Part shown: positions 14,469 through 28,311 of the stretch, piece after piece
How positions within the stretch are numbered: the stretch's first letter is position 1
Layout of the letters: every line of letters begins with the position of its first letter
NCBI GenBank assembly: GCA_951406725.2
Contig: OX597814.1
Coordinates: forward strand, 141,174,001 to 141,238,000
Reading direction: 5' to 3'
Length of the DNA: 64,000 bases
Origin: Octopus vulgaris
Taxonomy: Eukaryota
Notes under the pieces: generated by a model
What the model was told of the DNA's origin: nothing
What the model saw: the letters and a program-made list of their open reading frames with translations, nothing else
Databases searched by the model: none
Made by a program: the position numbers and the translations under genes

Positions 14469-14719
14469 TATACATACACATACATACAGACGCACATTTA
14501 TATATACATGCTTACACATATGTATATGTATTCATTTATGTCTGTGTGAATATTTCCTGGCTCAGTAAACTGATAAAAATTTCAAAATGCATTATTAAAA
14601 TCATAACTATTCCGAAACTTTATTTGATTTTTAAGTACTTTTATTTTTGGGTAAAGAATTTTCATACTTGCTTGTTTGTCCTTTACCGTTCCTACGTCTA
14701 TCGTTCTTCCTAAATCTTC

Positions 14720-15060
14720 ACTTTTATAAGTTCTGAATGAAGTTGTTATTTGTGATGTAGTGTTGTGCTCTGAATATATCTTCAATGATCATTCTCCTGC
14801 TTGGCGGAGAAATTTTAGATGTGATACTTGTGTTGTCGGCTAATGTTTTTCTATCAAGTCACGTTTTATGTTACTCGGTGTAATGTGCATTGCAAAAATG
14901 CCTTCTTGTAAATGCTCGGGGAGTCTGTGATAAAGTGTCATATTTGTATGGTTAATGTTATTGCTAAAGCCATAAGGTTTACAACTTTGAAGTTTACTTA
15001 TACATATGTCGATAATATTTATCATCCTAAGTTTGTTCACCATGTAGACGTTTCGTGTCG
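14720..15060 (-). pseudogene. Decayed GIY-YIG endonuclease remnant (probable old PLE)
   Basis: Minus-strand HTNMTLYHRLPEHLQEG...KRDLIEKH...RRMIIEDIF resembles the PLE EN pattern T..L..RL.EHL...RL.I.E. Confidence 0.45.
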
Positions 15061-17340
15061 TTGATATGTTGTTTTTGTTCTTTTTGATGCTTTTGTAACA
15101 TACTGTTTGTGTTAAGCCAGTGATAAAAGACTCTAAACATTCACAGTCACTCTAGCTCATTTAATTATATCATCTATAATGAATAATTTCCAGAAGCACA
15201 CTAATTTAAAATAAAAATCAACAAGTTCAACAATCTTTGGTTTACTTCAGCTGACCTGACAATTCCCTTCTTGCCTTGCACAAAAATTGTCTCATTTAAC
15301 ACGGACATGCACTAACGTATAAAACTTAATTTACACATACACGTATATACATAATTCCGCATAGTCACCTGCACGCGTAGTCATCTTCGTCTATCTTCCC
15401 TCCCTTTCACTATTTCCTCTTTATCTTCTAATTCCAGCTTTTAATAGGATATCCTCTTTAAACTAGAGTTAATGTGAGAATAAACGGTGCCGATAATGAG
15501 GCTGGCTCATTTCCCCTTTCCATTTACTCACGTTTTAAATTTTTTGTTTGTTATATTGTCTCTTCATTTAAATTTAATGCAATACTAGGAAGGAAAAATA
15601 TTTTCCTGTTAACCATTAAACGCCTCTGAGATTTTAAAAATTCCATCCGTGTGAACAGTTCTATAAAACAATATTAGAGAACGATATCGTCTTCTTTTGT
15701 AGTGCGATAATACAATGATCAATATTGTATAATAGTACGGCTCTTCCACTCGATTTCCTGAAAAGCAAACGACCGTAATTTATACTCGAATTAGACAGAG
15801 ATTTCTAGGAAATAATTTTATGAAAAAATTAGCATTTTTGAAGCATGAAATCTGGCGCGAATTTATTTGAAATCACGAAGAAAATATTATACAGCTAAGA
15901 CTACTTTTGCAGTTAAATCCTCATATAATCTTTCATAATATTTCTAAGCCACCTCTTTTATACAGTTTTAAATGACTGAAGTGAGCAAACTGTCATGAGT
16001 TCACATAAATTAAACGTTTGATTTTGAATGGAAATAACAATCTTTAATTTAGTTGAGAGACTGAAGCAACTTAACTAATAGTTTCTTCAATAGAATTATT
16101 TTCTTCCAGTAAAAGATAAAAAGAACAAAGGATATAAAATTGAATTTCCATTTTTACAATTGGTTACTCAGCAAGAATATATGACAATAATAACGCAATA
16201 AACCACAGAGTAAAGCTGTTAATTTTGTACAAAGAAACCGTATTTAAAATCACTGAAGCGACGATGCCGTTGAGGAAATCAATGATGAAGTTGTCTAAAA
16301 TATATGTATAAGAAGTTACATACGAAATCGTATTGAGTCTTACTGAAGAATCGGATGACGATGAGATCCAAGAGAGAAATGAAGCTGTGTCGAAAATGTA
16401 TTGACATGAGGTGATTTGTTTTTTTCTCGCAGCTGTTTAATCAATTAATTTTAATGCTTTTACAGAACTTCTAATAAAGGAGATTTAAGAAGTATTATTC
16501 CGTCTCATCAAATAAAAACGATAATGTATAAGAAATAGAGCAAATATATCACCCGAAAATCTCAGCCAACATCACAGATAGGGATCAATGTTGTGAGGCG
16601 ATAGTCTCTTGTCTTTAAGAAAGATACAAATTTAATCCTACCATTTCAGTTTAAATCTTATTTCAGTTGTATATGACGTTTTCAATAAATTCTCTCCTTG
16701 CCTCTCTAGATATTGTGGGGGATTCGATTACCAATATTACATTTGATTATAATATAATGAGTGCTACCAGAACAAAGAAATTGATTCTTTTCTAGGAAAT
16801 GCCAGCGCCAATCTAACGATATATGTCTTTCTCCATATGACACAATTTAAAGTGGCTTAAGTTGAGGAATTAATATAGCATTTTATATCATACACTCGCA
16901 TTTTATCTTCTTTTAAGCAGACTAAACAATATCAATATCAATAATTGTAAGAATTTAAACTTCAGCTGAGTTAAATGATCAATATCTACGCAAGTTAAAT
17001 GGAAGCCAATCAATATGAATGGTAGACTAATGGCTCATATGAGGTAAATGTTTGAATGAGATTTAGGAAGATAAGGGCGTTCAGTCGAATATACGCTGAA
17101 ATCGATTAGCGGCATATCAGCTTCTACAGAATTTTCCTTTTAACTTCAATTTAGTTATCTGATTCAATGAAAACTTGATTACTTGACAACAGTATATATG
17201 CATAAATAGTTATCAGTGGACAGCTTATGTATTTATATATATATTGCTATTTACATGCCTGTATGCATTTATGCAAATAGATTTATATTCCTAATACCGT
17301 TGTATATTCTTATATACGTCTTTTTACATAAAAATGTGTA

Positions 17341-17522
17341 GTGAAGGCACGTGGCTTAGTGGTTAAAGTAATCGGCTCACAATCGTGAAGTCGTGAGTTC
17401 GTTACCTAGCGATGCGTTGTGTTCTTGAGCAAGACACTTTATTTCACGTTGCTCCAGTTCTCTCAGCTGGCAAATATGAGTAGCACTTATAATTCATAGG
17501 GTCAACCTTGTCACAGTCTGTG
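17341..17522 (+). mobile_element. SINE family D, 5' part
   Basis: A-box tggcttagtgg, B-like gagttcgttacc, then tgttcttgagcaagacacttt; same head as the copy at 46805-47123. Confidence 0.75.
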
Positions 17523-18038
17523 GAGGACGTTATTCTGCTTAATGAACCTTTAAAGTGCCACAGATGTATACTGGATTAAAATCTCATTGTAAGCAGTCGA
17601 AAGAAATATATCCCATGAGCGCGTTTTCATCGGAAAGTAATTTATTGAATTTAATTTCTAGTTATGTAGAGTTATCTTTCCTAATTCTAACAAATATCCT
17701 GTTATTATAACGTGTCATATTGTATATTGTCGATTTATGTAATATATTCGTGTTTGTTCACAACAGATTGGTATTAATTACTTTTTCATATATCAATTTT
17801 ATCGTTTTCCAGATCCTATAGAGCTAGTTTAAGATTCCTAAGTGCGTTTTCTTGTGTATTTATATACATTTCTTTTTATTGCTTTTACACCTGGATAAGT
17901 TAAGCAATTTAAACGTCAATTGATAACATGTACTTATTTCAAAGACTCACAAGAGACTGATGCAATAATTTGAGTTCAACGTGTATGTGTGTGTGTGTTT
18001 GTGTTTGTGTGTACGTGCTTGCGTGCTTGCATGTGTGT

Positions 18039-18114
<76 letters not shown>

Positions 18115-18124
18115 TTAGCGATAC

Positions 18125-18870
18125 TAGTATAGTCATTCAAATCAGAAAGTCATTGCTTTTTTTAACTAAAGATTCTTGAGTAAAAAGCACTAACAATTAA
18201 CAAAATGACATTTGATGGGTTGCTTTAGCAGGGCAGAGGTTTGTGATGTACTTGGATTATTCATCCTAGATGAACTCACCTCAAATTTTAATCCCTTAGA
18301 ATTAGAAGATGAAGGTTTAGCTATTTCTAACAAGCTTAATATATATAATCTAGATAAAATAAAGATAGATCAAATAAGCACATTCAAAGAACTATACCTA
18401 AAATCACTGTAATTACAAACACAAAAACAGTTAGTTTCCTGTAGACACAAACCATGTGGAAAACAGGGCGAGAAGTTCATTTACTTCAAGAAAAAAAATC
18501 TGTGCAATAATATTGATTTCAATTTTTGGCACAAGGCCAGCAATTTTGTGGGAGGGGAAAAGTCGATTACATCAACCCCAGTGTCCAACTAGTATTTATT
18601 TTATCAAGCCCGAAAGGAAAAAAAGCAAAGTTGACCCCAGCGGCATTTGAATTCAGAACGTAAAGTTAGAAGAAATGTCGTTAAACATTTTCTCTGGCGC
18701 GGTAACGATTCCCTCAACTCGCTGCCTTAATCCAGCCAATAATATTACTGAGAAACTTGCCAGCAATATTGTTAGAAGAATCTCAAGCATTTTCTCGGAC
18801 AAATGATCATTCGACAGAGATGCAAACCACTTTAACAAAGTAATTGAAAATGGATGTAGGGGAAGAAATA
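18125..18870 (+). pseudogene. Decayed Hydra-type PLE reverse transcriptase, interrupted by a SINE
   Basis: IRKSLLF...MGCFSRAEVCDVLGLFILDEL...EDEGLAI...TVSFL and, after the SINE, NIVRRISSIFSD; collinear with the intact ORF at 26149. Confidence 0.75.
18505..18730 (-). mobile_element. SINE family B
   Basis: Reverse complement of aaggcagcgag...gttctgaattcaaatgcc...tttcctttcgggcttgataaaataaatactag. Confidence 0.8.
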
Positions 18871-18899
18871 AATTTGCTCTCAGATCTTAACTACAACTA

Positions 18900-19290
18900 G
18901 CTATGGAAACCAAAACCATATATGGGCTTTCAAGTGTCATATATGGCTTGATAATGTTATGCAATTTCTTATCTGTATGCCTGAAGGTGAGCTTATATTT
19001 TAACATCCGGTTCTTTAAGCTACTCTCGCTCATTCCGATGTATGACCTAGAAAATGGCATTCACTACCGTACCTTGGTATATCAGAGTTTCATCTCGGAT
19101 TAAATTTCTCAAGTTTCCCTGGTTCTAAAGCTTATTAGGTGATTTAGGGCATCTACTATCTACGATGTTCTCTATGTTGTTCATGCAGCTGAAGTTAACT
19201 TTTAAATTTTGCCAGCTATATAACTTACAATACTTGTGTTCTATGGGGAAATGTTTAAAAATTTCTTAGCAATGCCAGAATTCATCATTA
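18900..19290 (-). pseudogene. Decayed Hydra-type PLE linker + GIY-YIG, inverted relative to the adjacent RT
   Basis: Minus strand gives IAKKFL/KHFPIEHKYCKLYSWQNLKVNFSCMNNIENIV and LIYQGTV/SYIGMSESSLKNRMLKYKLTFRH..TLSSHI. Confidence 0.7.
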
Positions 19291-19734
19291 ATGCTACATG
19301 TTCGATCGAATTAGATTCCATTACAATTACTTATTTATTTATCTGTGACTACTACAATAGAGAAATACTTCATTGTTACCAAAATAACAGATACCTTAAA
19401 CAAAAATTTAGAACTAATTTCTAAGTGTAGTAACAATAATAAATCTTAACTTCTTAATAAAGTTACCGAGCGAGACAAAGTGCGTAGGCTATCGTTTCCG
19501 ATGCTAAACGAACTGAAAGCCAACAATACGTCAAACTATTCTGATAAACACCGACCGAGTGGGACACCCGTTCAATTAGCAAAACCTGTTTCAGGATTTT
19601 TTAAGATAAGAGCAATAGAACTCTGTGTAATGGAAGAGGTAACTATCATTTGGAGCTATGGCACTGTATACTAAATATTTGTTCTATCAAATTCATTGAG
19701 TTCTCTTTTACTTTGTTCGTAAAATTATGGAACA

Positions 19735-19847
<113 letters not shown>

Positions 19848-19944
19848 ATATAGGTGTGTATATATGCGTGTGTTTATATGCATACATACACAAATACATA
19901 CATACACACGTATATAACATCAAATTAATACATATTTGTTTATG

Positions 19945-20362
19945 TGCAGGAGTGGCTGTGTGGTAAGTAGCCTGTCTACCAACCACATGGTTCCGGGTTC
20001 AGTCCCACTGTGTGGCACCTTGGGCAAGTGTCTTCTACTATAGCCTCGGGCCGACCAATGCCTTGTGAGTGGATTTGGTAGACGGAAACTGAAAGAAGCC
20101 CGTCGTATATATGTATATATATATATATGTATGCGTGTGTGTGTTTGTGTGTCTGTGTTTGTCCCCATAGCATTGCTTGACAACAGATGCTGGTGTGTTT
20201 GTGTCCCCGTCACTTAGCGGTTCGGCAAAAGAGACCGATAGAATAAGTACTGGGCTTACAATAGAATAAGTTCCGGGGTCGAGTTGCTCGATTAAAGGCG
20301 GTGCTCCAGCATGGCCGCAGTCAAATGACTGAAACAAGTAAAAGAGTAAAAGAGTAAAAGAG
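19945..20362 (+). mobile_element. Full-length SINE family A (tRNA head, CORE-like ccttgggcaagtg, internal TA/TG tract, aaagagt tail)
   Basis: Complete bipartite copy highly similar to 22450-22878, 44230-44627 and 45277-45680. Confidence 0.9.
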
Positions 20363-20549
20363 TATTGTAGCATAATAATATATACACGCGTACGTGTGTA
20401 TTTAGTGACAGATTCTTAACGCTTGTTAACTCTAGTGTAGAATTTGTTTCTCTCCTTGCAATAAGTCTTGTTTGTAATCCAGTCACCTTGTTGCCAAGCA
20501 ACAAATTTACATTCCTGCGACTGCACAGTTCTTATTGATGTTCCCTCAT

Positions 20550-20891
20550 ATTGTTGGTGTGGTGGTGGTGATGGTGACGGTGGAACATTTTTTGTTGTTA
20601 TTTATGATGATGATAACAATGATGGTAGTACTGTCGGCAGTGGTGGTGGTGGTGGTTGTTGTAGTAGTAGTTTTACTGCTGATTGGAATGGCGTTGATAG
20701 TAACAGCATCGTTGGAGATGGATAGTATGGGCGATGTTGCTGGAGGTAGTAGTAGTAGTGGTGGTGGTTGTGGTGGTAATGGAATCATTTTGTTGGCAGT
20801 AACCGTAGAAGTATCAGCGTCATCACCAACCACCACCACCACCACCACCACCACTACCACCACCACCACCACCACCACCACCACCACCACC

Positions 20892-20924
<33 letters not shown>

Positions 20925-21112
20925 CTTTTCCTCCTCTTCCTCATCGTCGTCATCGTCATCATCATCATCACCATCATAATCATCTCCACTATCGCTGCCA
21001 TCATCATCAACATTAAAAGTTATAATAGTAGTAGTCATAGTTGTAGTAGTAGCAGCAGTAGCAGTTATAGAAAGTAGTGGCAGCAGCAGCAGCAGCAGCA
21101 GCTGCAGCAGTA
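20550..21112. repeat. Compound trinucleotide low-complexity region (GGT, CAC, CAT, TAG, CAG)
   Basis: Successive triplet runs; the overlapping ORFs are homopolymer artefacts. Confidence 0.9.
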
Positions 21113-21629
21113 AATTTGTAAAAAGCATTTAGCCTTCTTTAAATTCAGTCTGTGGGGTTCTTTTTCGGGAAGTGGGCCCAACCAACCAACCAGTTTTATA
21201 AGATCCCACACTTCGCATGATGTACCTTCTGTGATGGACTCATTCATAGAAATCAGTCGTCCGCCCTGTCAGCTTTAATGACAGGTTGTTTCTCCACACA
21301 CCAACCAATATCGATCTATTGGATTTTATCCGGTCCACTCACAACTAAGAAATGTGTGGGATTTACATTCGCCACAAGGTCTCTCTTTGCTATATTTTCT
21401 TTGTTCTCTCCACACATCAACCGCTTTATTTAACCGCCTCTGTGTTCAACAACAGAGAATGATATATCAGCCCAAGACAAAAAGAAAGCGCGCAATCAGA
21501 GTGAACTTTGGAAAGCATAACCGTCCCTGAACAGAGAGAGAGAATGAGATGGAGGTCGTAGGATTACGTTGCTTGTAGGTTGGTGGTACTAGCGGCCGAT
21601 TTGATTGTCGTAGATATTGAATAATATAA

Positions 21630-22020
21630 TTCTACTATAGGCACAAAACCTGAAATTTGGGGTGAAGGGAAAGCTGATTACATCAATCCTAGTGCTCAAC
21701 TGGAACTTATTTTATCGACCCCGAACGATTGAAAAGCGAAGTCGACCTCGGCGGCGTTTTAACTCAGAACGTAAAGGCAGAAGAAATACCTATTTCTTTA
21801 CTACCCACAAGGAGCTAAACACAGAGAGGACAAACAAGGACAGACAAACGGATTAAGTCGAGTATATCGACCCCAGTGCGTAACTGGTACTTATTTAATC
21901 GACCCCGAAAGGATGAAAGGCAAAGTCGACCTCGGCGGAATTTGAACACACAACGTAACGACAGACAAAATACGGCTACGCATTTCGCCCGGCGTGCAAA
22001 CAATTCCACCAGCGCATCAC
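21630..22020 (-). mobile_element. Two tandem SINE family B copies
   Basis: cgaccccgaaaggatgaaaggcaaagtcgacctcggcgg occurs twice. Confidence 0.85.
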
Positions 22021-22449
22021 TTTTAGCTGCTAATTAATATAATAGTAGTCAAATTCTCACTGTTAGATCTTTACAGGTCGGGAGCATGAGTTATAGGTTT
22101 TCTCTCAACTTCCATTGGGATTCTTCTCTGCCCTGATGAACTATAAACTGCGTATATCTATCTGAATGCGCTTTGGATCCTGAATTCGGCAGATAATATA
22201 AGATTGGTTCCCTCATAGATAACCGGAGTTATCACTTCCTTTTATTGTCAAAACACTTAGAAGTCAGTTGTATAATTAAGAGCGCGGTGTGAAAATACAT
22301 TTCTCCACCAGCAGTCTTGATTGCGGTGAAAAGTGTGCACCAGATGGAATAGTCTCATTCCTTTGGAAACAAAAGAGCTGTTTGATTTGTGACGTAACAT
22401 TAATAGGCAGTCTCGCTTGATCTCACAAGATCTAACATGCACAGTATCT

Positions 22450-22634
22450 CTTTTACTCTTTTACTTGTTTCAGTCATTTGACTGCGGCCCAGGACTGATT
22501 CTTTTGTGAGCCCAGTACTTATTCTATCGGTCTCTTTTGCCGAACCGCTAAGTAACGGGGACATAAACACACCAGCATCGGTTGTCAAGCAATGCTAGGG
22601 GGACAAACGCAGACACACAACACAAACACACACA

Positions 22635-22713
<79 letters not shown>

Positions 22714-22878
22714 GACGGGCTTCTTTCAGTTTCCGTCTACCAAATCCACTCACAAGGCTTTGGTCGGCCCGAGGCTATAGTAGAAGACACTTGCCCAAGG
22801 TGCCACGCAGTTGGACTGAACCCGGAACCATGTGGTTGGTAAACAAGCGACTTACCACACAGCCACTCCTGCGCCTAT
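22450..22878 (-). mobile_element. SINE family A
   Basis: Reverse complement of the 19945 copy, with a long internal (TA)n. Confidence 0.9.
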
Positions 22879-23574
22879 CTGGGTAAGAAATGAAATCTGC
22901 AAAATACTAAACTTAATTCGGGTATTATATTATATTTCAGCCATTTGCATAAGAGATTAGCACCAACTGTGGACCATCTACTTCTGTCCTGAATTGAGTT
23001 AAAAAGTTAAAAAGGGTAAGCTCTAATACGGTTGATTCAGAGGGATGGATTCAATTCGAAAAAGTGCGGTTTCTTGTACGGCTATGATCTTTTATCTCTT
23101 ACTTGCTTCAGTCATTAGACTATGGCCATGCAGGGGCACTGCCATCAAGTATGTTAGTCGAACGATTCGACCCCAGTGACGGATTATGTCAGCCACGCAG
23201 GAACTCAGAACGAGAAGAACCGGGACAAAAACCTCAAGGCACCTTGTTCAATGCCCTAACATGGCCACTAACCCTCCGCCAAGGCTGGTACTTTGTTATC
23301 GCCTTCAGAAAGTATGAAAAGAAAGTCGACTTTGGAGTGTTTTGAACTCAGAGCGGAAAAACAAATACTGCAAACCGTTTTGTTCTGCTCTCTACCGATC
23401 CTGCCTAGGGTAAAGATTATCAATAATGGAAAGATAGAAGATCAAAGTCCTCTTCTTCGGGTTTTGAACTCAGATCGTGTAGGAAAGAAACTAAGTACAG
23501 TGCTATACGGTTTTTGCCCCAAATTTCTGACAATGACACACTATTTGAGATTTGTAGGAAATTTGTATAACTTT

Positions 23575-23819
23575 TACCTTTTACTTGTTTCAGTTATTGG
23601 ACTGCAGCCATACTGGGGTACCGCTTTGAGAGATTTTATAGAAAAAAAAAACTGACTCTAGTACTTATTTTTTAAAAGCCTGGTACTTATTCTGTCGATC
23701 TCTGTTTTCTAAATTATAGGGATGTAGACAAACTAACACCGGTTGTCAAGTGATGGGAAAAAGAACAAACACACATACACACACACACACACACACGGGC
23801 GCACGCACGCACGCGCGCG

Positions 23820-23856
<37 letters not shown>

Positions 23857-24015
23857 CGACTTCCACACAGATTCCGTCTAACAAATTCAATCATAAGGCA
23901 TTAGTTGGCGCGGGTCTGTAGTAGAAGATGCCCAATGTTCCGCATAGTGGAACTGAACCTGAAACCTCGTGATTGCAAAGTGGGCTTCTTAAATACCCAA
24001 CTATCGTCGAGCCTA
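23575..24015 (-). mobile_element. SINE family A (diverged)
   Basis: tacttgtttcagttattggactgcagcc...gtggaactgaacctgaaacc. Confidence 0.75.
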
Positions 24016-24719
24016 TGTAGTTCAGCTTTATCAGTGACTGTCATCACCAACACAACCCACTACCATCATGTTACTTAACGACTACTTATTTTATCAACTC
24101 CATTGAGGAATGAAAGTCAAAGTCATTCCCGGTGGGAATTTGAACTTTGAAAGTAAAACAGGTTTAAACAACACAGAAAATCTTTAGTCTTTTCGGCACT
24201 TCAGTAATTTAGATATTTACCGACCTAACATTGATGATGCCAATAATTGATTTATTGCGTTTTATATTTCGATAGCGAAGAATTTCGTGACAACTTTGAA
24301 AGAAACACTTAAACGAGTACGCTCTAAGCTATTTATTTCTCAGTTAGGAATTTGCGCTTTTTATCGATTCGCTACTCTACAAAAAGGAAATGAAGAATGT
24401 TCCATTTATCGAAACCATTCTCAAGAGAAGCAGAATAGGAAATTACGAGAAAATATTTGTTATATAGACAAAATTTGTTAAAAAAAAAGAATAAAAAATC
24501 ATACGACAGGAAAAACCAAAAAAAAAAAATTTTGAAGTTATGTTTTAAAAAATATTTTGTAATTTTGATGGATTTAAATGGTTTTTTTTACTTATTGACT
24601 GCTGAGTTTATTGTTGGCGTTATTGTTGATGTTGTTATTGTTATTTTATTGTTTTCTACCATTTTCTCAATTTACCATTCATGAATCACCGAAAGTTAAA
24701 AAATCTCCGCAACCTAGGC

Positions 24720-24864
24720 TCAGGTGTGGCTATGAGGTAAGAAGCTTGCTTCCCAACCCATGGTTCCAGGTTCAGTCCCACTGCTTGGCACCTTGGGCAA
24801 GTGTCTTCTACTATAGCCTCGGGCCGAACAAAAACCTTGTGAGTGGATTTGGAGAGAAGCCCGT

Positions 24865-24904
<40 letters not shown>

Positions 24905-24915
24905 AACACACACTC

Positions 24916-24959
<44 letters not shown>

Positions 24960-25155
24960 TTGTACCCCACATCACCTCTTGAAAACGAGTGTTGGTGTGT
25001 CTATGTCTCCGTAACTTAGCAGTTCGGCAACAAAGAACGGTAGAATAAGTACTAGGCTTAAAAATAAGTTCTGGGGGTCGATTTATTCAGCTAAAATCCT
25101 TCAAAGCTGTGCTCCAGCATGGCCACAGTCAAATGAAACAGGGAAAAGAATAAAA
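24720..25155 (+). mobile_element. SINE family A
   Basis: Head, CORE-like block, microsatellite spacer and tail all present. Confidence 0.85.
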
Positions 25156-25181
25156 GAAAGGAAAAACCTGTTCTATATTTC

Positions 25182-25891
25182 AGAGATGAGGAATTATTTA
25201 CATTCGACAAATATTTGCCCTCATCTTGTTTGTTGTTAACACAATGTTTCGGCTGACATACCCTCCAGCCTTCATCAGGTGTCTTGGGGGAAATTTCGTA
25301 CCTAGGTTCTCATTCCTAAGGTATTTTCGATGATATTACTGGTGTTAGTAGTCCACGCGCTTAACCACTACGCCATATCCCCGTGGGCAATTATGTAGTG
25401 AATTTTAGAGCTTATAAATCTAATATTTTCCTATCATTCCTTAATACCGGTTCCCATATGCTACTCATATCTACACTCGGTCTGCTTAGGAGGTTGTTGT
25501 GCCCTAACATATGTGCTGCTTTTAGTTTTCGTATTTTCCAGTGGTGTTCTCTATCTATTATTTTAACTTCATTCCACAGGGGGAGGTGGTCTCCATTTTT
25601 CCACACATAATCAGCTATACCCGATTTATCAATATCTCTTCGTGTCACAGCTTTGCGATGTTCGTTTACCTTTATTTTGAGGGGGCGGCGTGTTTCGCCT
25701 TTGTATAACCTACCACAGCTGCATGGGATGGAGTACACGCAGTCTTTGGTCATATTCTCTTCTATTGATGGTTTTACTCGAAGGAGATATTTGCGAAGTG
25801 TTGCATTGCTCAAGGCTGGAGAGTATATCAGCCGAAACGTTGTGATAACAACAAACAAGATGAGGACAAATATCCGTCAAATGTAAATAAT
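25182..25891 (-). mobile_element. 5'-truncated Penelope/Poseidon-type PLE with an inverted partial terminal repeat
   Basis: ORF 25412-~25805 has VYSIPCSCGRLYKGETRRPLKIKVNEH...SGIADY..W.EVKII (GIY-YIG); 25812-25891 is the reverse complement of 25193-25272. Confidence 0.9.
25238..25283 (-). ncRNA. Minimal type I hammerhead ribozyme motif
   Basis: Reverse complement: gacac CTGATGA A GGCTG gagggtatgt CAGCC GAAA CA TT gtgtt; the inverted copy at 25812 keeps GAAACGTT. Confidence 0.8.
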
Positions 25892-25909
25892 GTAAAAAAA
25901 TAACCTATT

Positions 25910-26055
25910 AGGAGTGACTGTGTGATAAGTAACTTGCTTACCAACCACATGGTTCCCCGTTCAGTCTCACTGCGCGGCACCTTGGGCAAGTGTCGTCTAC
26001 TATAGCCAAAACCTTGTGAGTGGATTTGATTGACGGAAACTGAAAGAAGCCCGTC

Positions 26056-26058
<3 letters not shown>
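25910..26058 (+). mobile_element. SINE family A, 5' half (3' half displaced to 31710-31910)
   Basis: Ends at gaagcccgtcg plus (TA)n, where intact copies have their internal microsatellite. Confidence 0.85.
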
Positions 26059-26131
<73 letters not shown>

Positions 26132-26148
26132 CAATTAAAATTAAAGAT

Positions 26149-27380
26149 ATGAGAAATATGGATGGTATTATAGTACAATCTGATAAAACTAGGAATCTAT
26201 ATAAATTAGATGTTAAATTATATGATAAACTATTAGGGAAAGAAATAATTAAAAAATATAAAATTGTTCCAGATGATATTCTTTATAATATTAATAAGGC
26301 CTCTAAATTAGTAATGTTAAAATATGAGTTGGATAATAAAACTGAACCTTATGTACCTTTGCACCCCAGAATTACTCTTAAAGACCATAAAGATAATTTT
26401 TATTCAGACCCTAAAGTTAGATTAATTTGCCCATGTAAATCTGACCTAGGTAAATTAAGTAAATTTATTTTAGATAAATATATCGATAAGTTAAATAAAC
26501 TTAATTATTTAAAATTATGGTTTAGTAATAACTATACATTGAAATGGTTTAATAATATTAAAGATAAAAATCGTTATAAATTTATTCAAATAGATATAGA
26601 TAATTATTATTCTTCTATTACTGAAATTGTGTTTAATAAAGCGCTTATTTTCGCAATGAATAAAGTGGGTATGTCACACGAAGAAGTTAATGTAATTAAA
26701 ATGGCTAGGAAATCGCTTATTAAATATAAAAATAAATTATTGGCTAGGAATGATACCAGAGATTGTTTTGATATACCTATGGGAGCACCAGATTCTGCAC
26801 AGGCTACTGATTTAGTAGGTATTTTTCTTTTATCTGAACTCCAATTAGAAAATCTTAAGATAGAGGGTGGCTTATATAGAGACGATCTTCTACTAGTTAC
26901 AAAGAATTGTACTAATAGGAATCTAGAAGTATATAAGAAAAAACTATATAGTTTCTTTAAAAGATATGGTTTAAGTATTACTATATATAAGGAGAATTAT
27001 AATGTTAATTATTTAGATGTTAATTTTAATCTAAGTACTGGTAAAACACAACCATATCATAAACTTAATGAGAACCTTAGATATATAAATGTTAATAGTA
27101 ATCACCCATTTTCTATTAAAAAATCGTTGATTAATAATATAAGTAAACGTATTTCATTACTCTCTTATGATATAGAGATTTTTAATAAACATGCTAATTA
27201 TTATAATGAGGCCCTTAGAGGGGCAGGTTATAATAGGAATATTAAATTTTATACTATTAGTGATAAAGATTTAAATGATAATTTTCGAGATACTTCTAAT
27301 AATAATTATAATTTTGTTAGTTTTAGTGGTAAAAATAATAGATATTATAAAAATAATAATAAAAATGATAAAAATAAAAA

Positions 27381-27411
<31 letters not shown>

Positions 27412-28311
27412 AATACAAATAAGAATAATAAAAATAAAAATAAATTTAATAATAATTATAATAATTATATTGATAAAATTAATAATATTAATAATTCCTT
27501 AAATGCTGTACATAGATATAATTCTGATAATAATTTTAATAAAATAAAGAATTATAAATATATTTATAATAATGACAATAATAATAAGGTTAATAAGAAT
27601 AAAATTTGGTTAATAGTTCCTTATGGAGATCAAGTAAAAACGAATATTATCAAAGCGATTTTAGATGTTATAGAACTATTTATTAGAGATAATCGTAAAT
27701 ATAGAAACATTTTCTCTAGTAATAATTTTGGAGTAAGTTATTCTACCACTAATAATGTAGGTAACATTATTTCTTCATTTAATAAATTTAAACTGAATAA
27801 TTTTTATAAAAAGAAATTATTTGATAATAATAATAATAATGATAAGACTTATATTAATTGTACTTGTAGAGATAAATCTAATTGTATATTAAATAATAAT
27901 TGTGATATTAACGATGTAGTGTATAAATGTATAGTTACATTACATGATAATAACTTTAAGAATAATAATTACCCAAAAGCGGTTTATATAGGGTCTACTT
28001 CCTCAAAAATAAAATTAAGAATCGCACAACATATGAATTCTTTTAAAAATAAAAACTTAATCAACTCAACTGGACTTAGTAAGTACATTTGGAGTCTTAA
28101 ATCACAAAATATTAATTATAGTTTAATTTGGGAAATAATTTGTAAAACTAAATCATATACTATAGGAGCTAATTGTTGTTATTTATGCTCTAATGAGTTT
28201 AAAGAAATTTTATTTTATAAGTATGATAATTTACTTAATACAGGTGAAGAGCGCAAAATAAAATGCAGACATAGGTTACTTTACCTATATAATAAGTTTC
28301 ATGATAAATAA
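26149..28311 (+). CDS. PLE polyprotein: reverse transcriptase + Asn-rich insert + Cys linker + C-terminal GIY-YIG endonuclease (720 aa from first ATG)
   Basis: Uninterrupted frame with SDKTRNLY, ITLKDHK..P.VRLI, IDIDNYY, PMGAPDSA, GLYRDDLL, NYLDV, SNHP, CTCRDKSNC, VVYKC..YIGST..LRIAQH, CYLC, LLN..KCRH. Confidence 0.9.

Noticed and set aside
16240-16410. Acidic stretch suggesting a Tigger/pogo C-terminus
   Set aside because: Too short and degenerate to support.
22133-22300. CTGATGA with a distant GAAA
   Set aside because: No convincing stems I-III.
26056-26148. N-terminal YIYI extension of the 751-aa ORF
   Set aside because: It is mostly the (TA)n target read in frame, not element protein.
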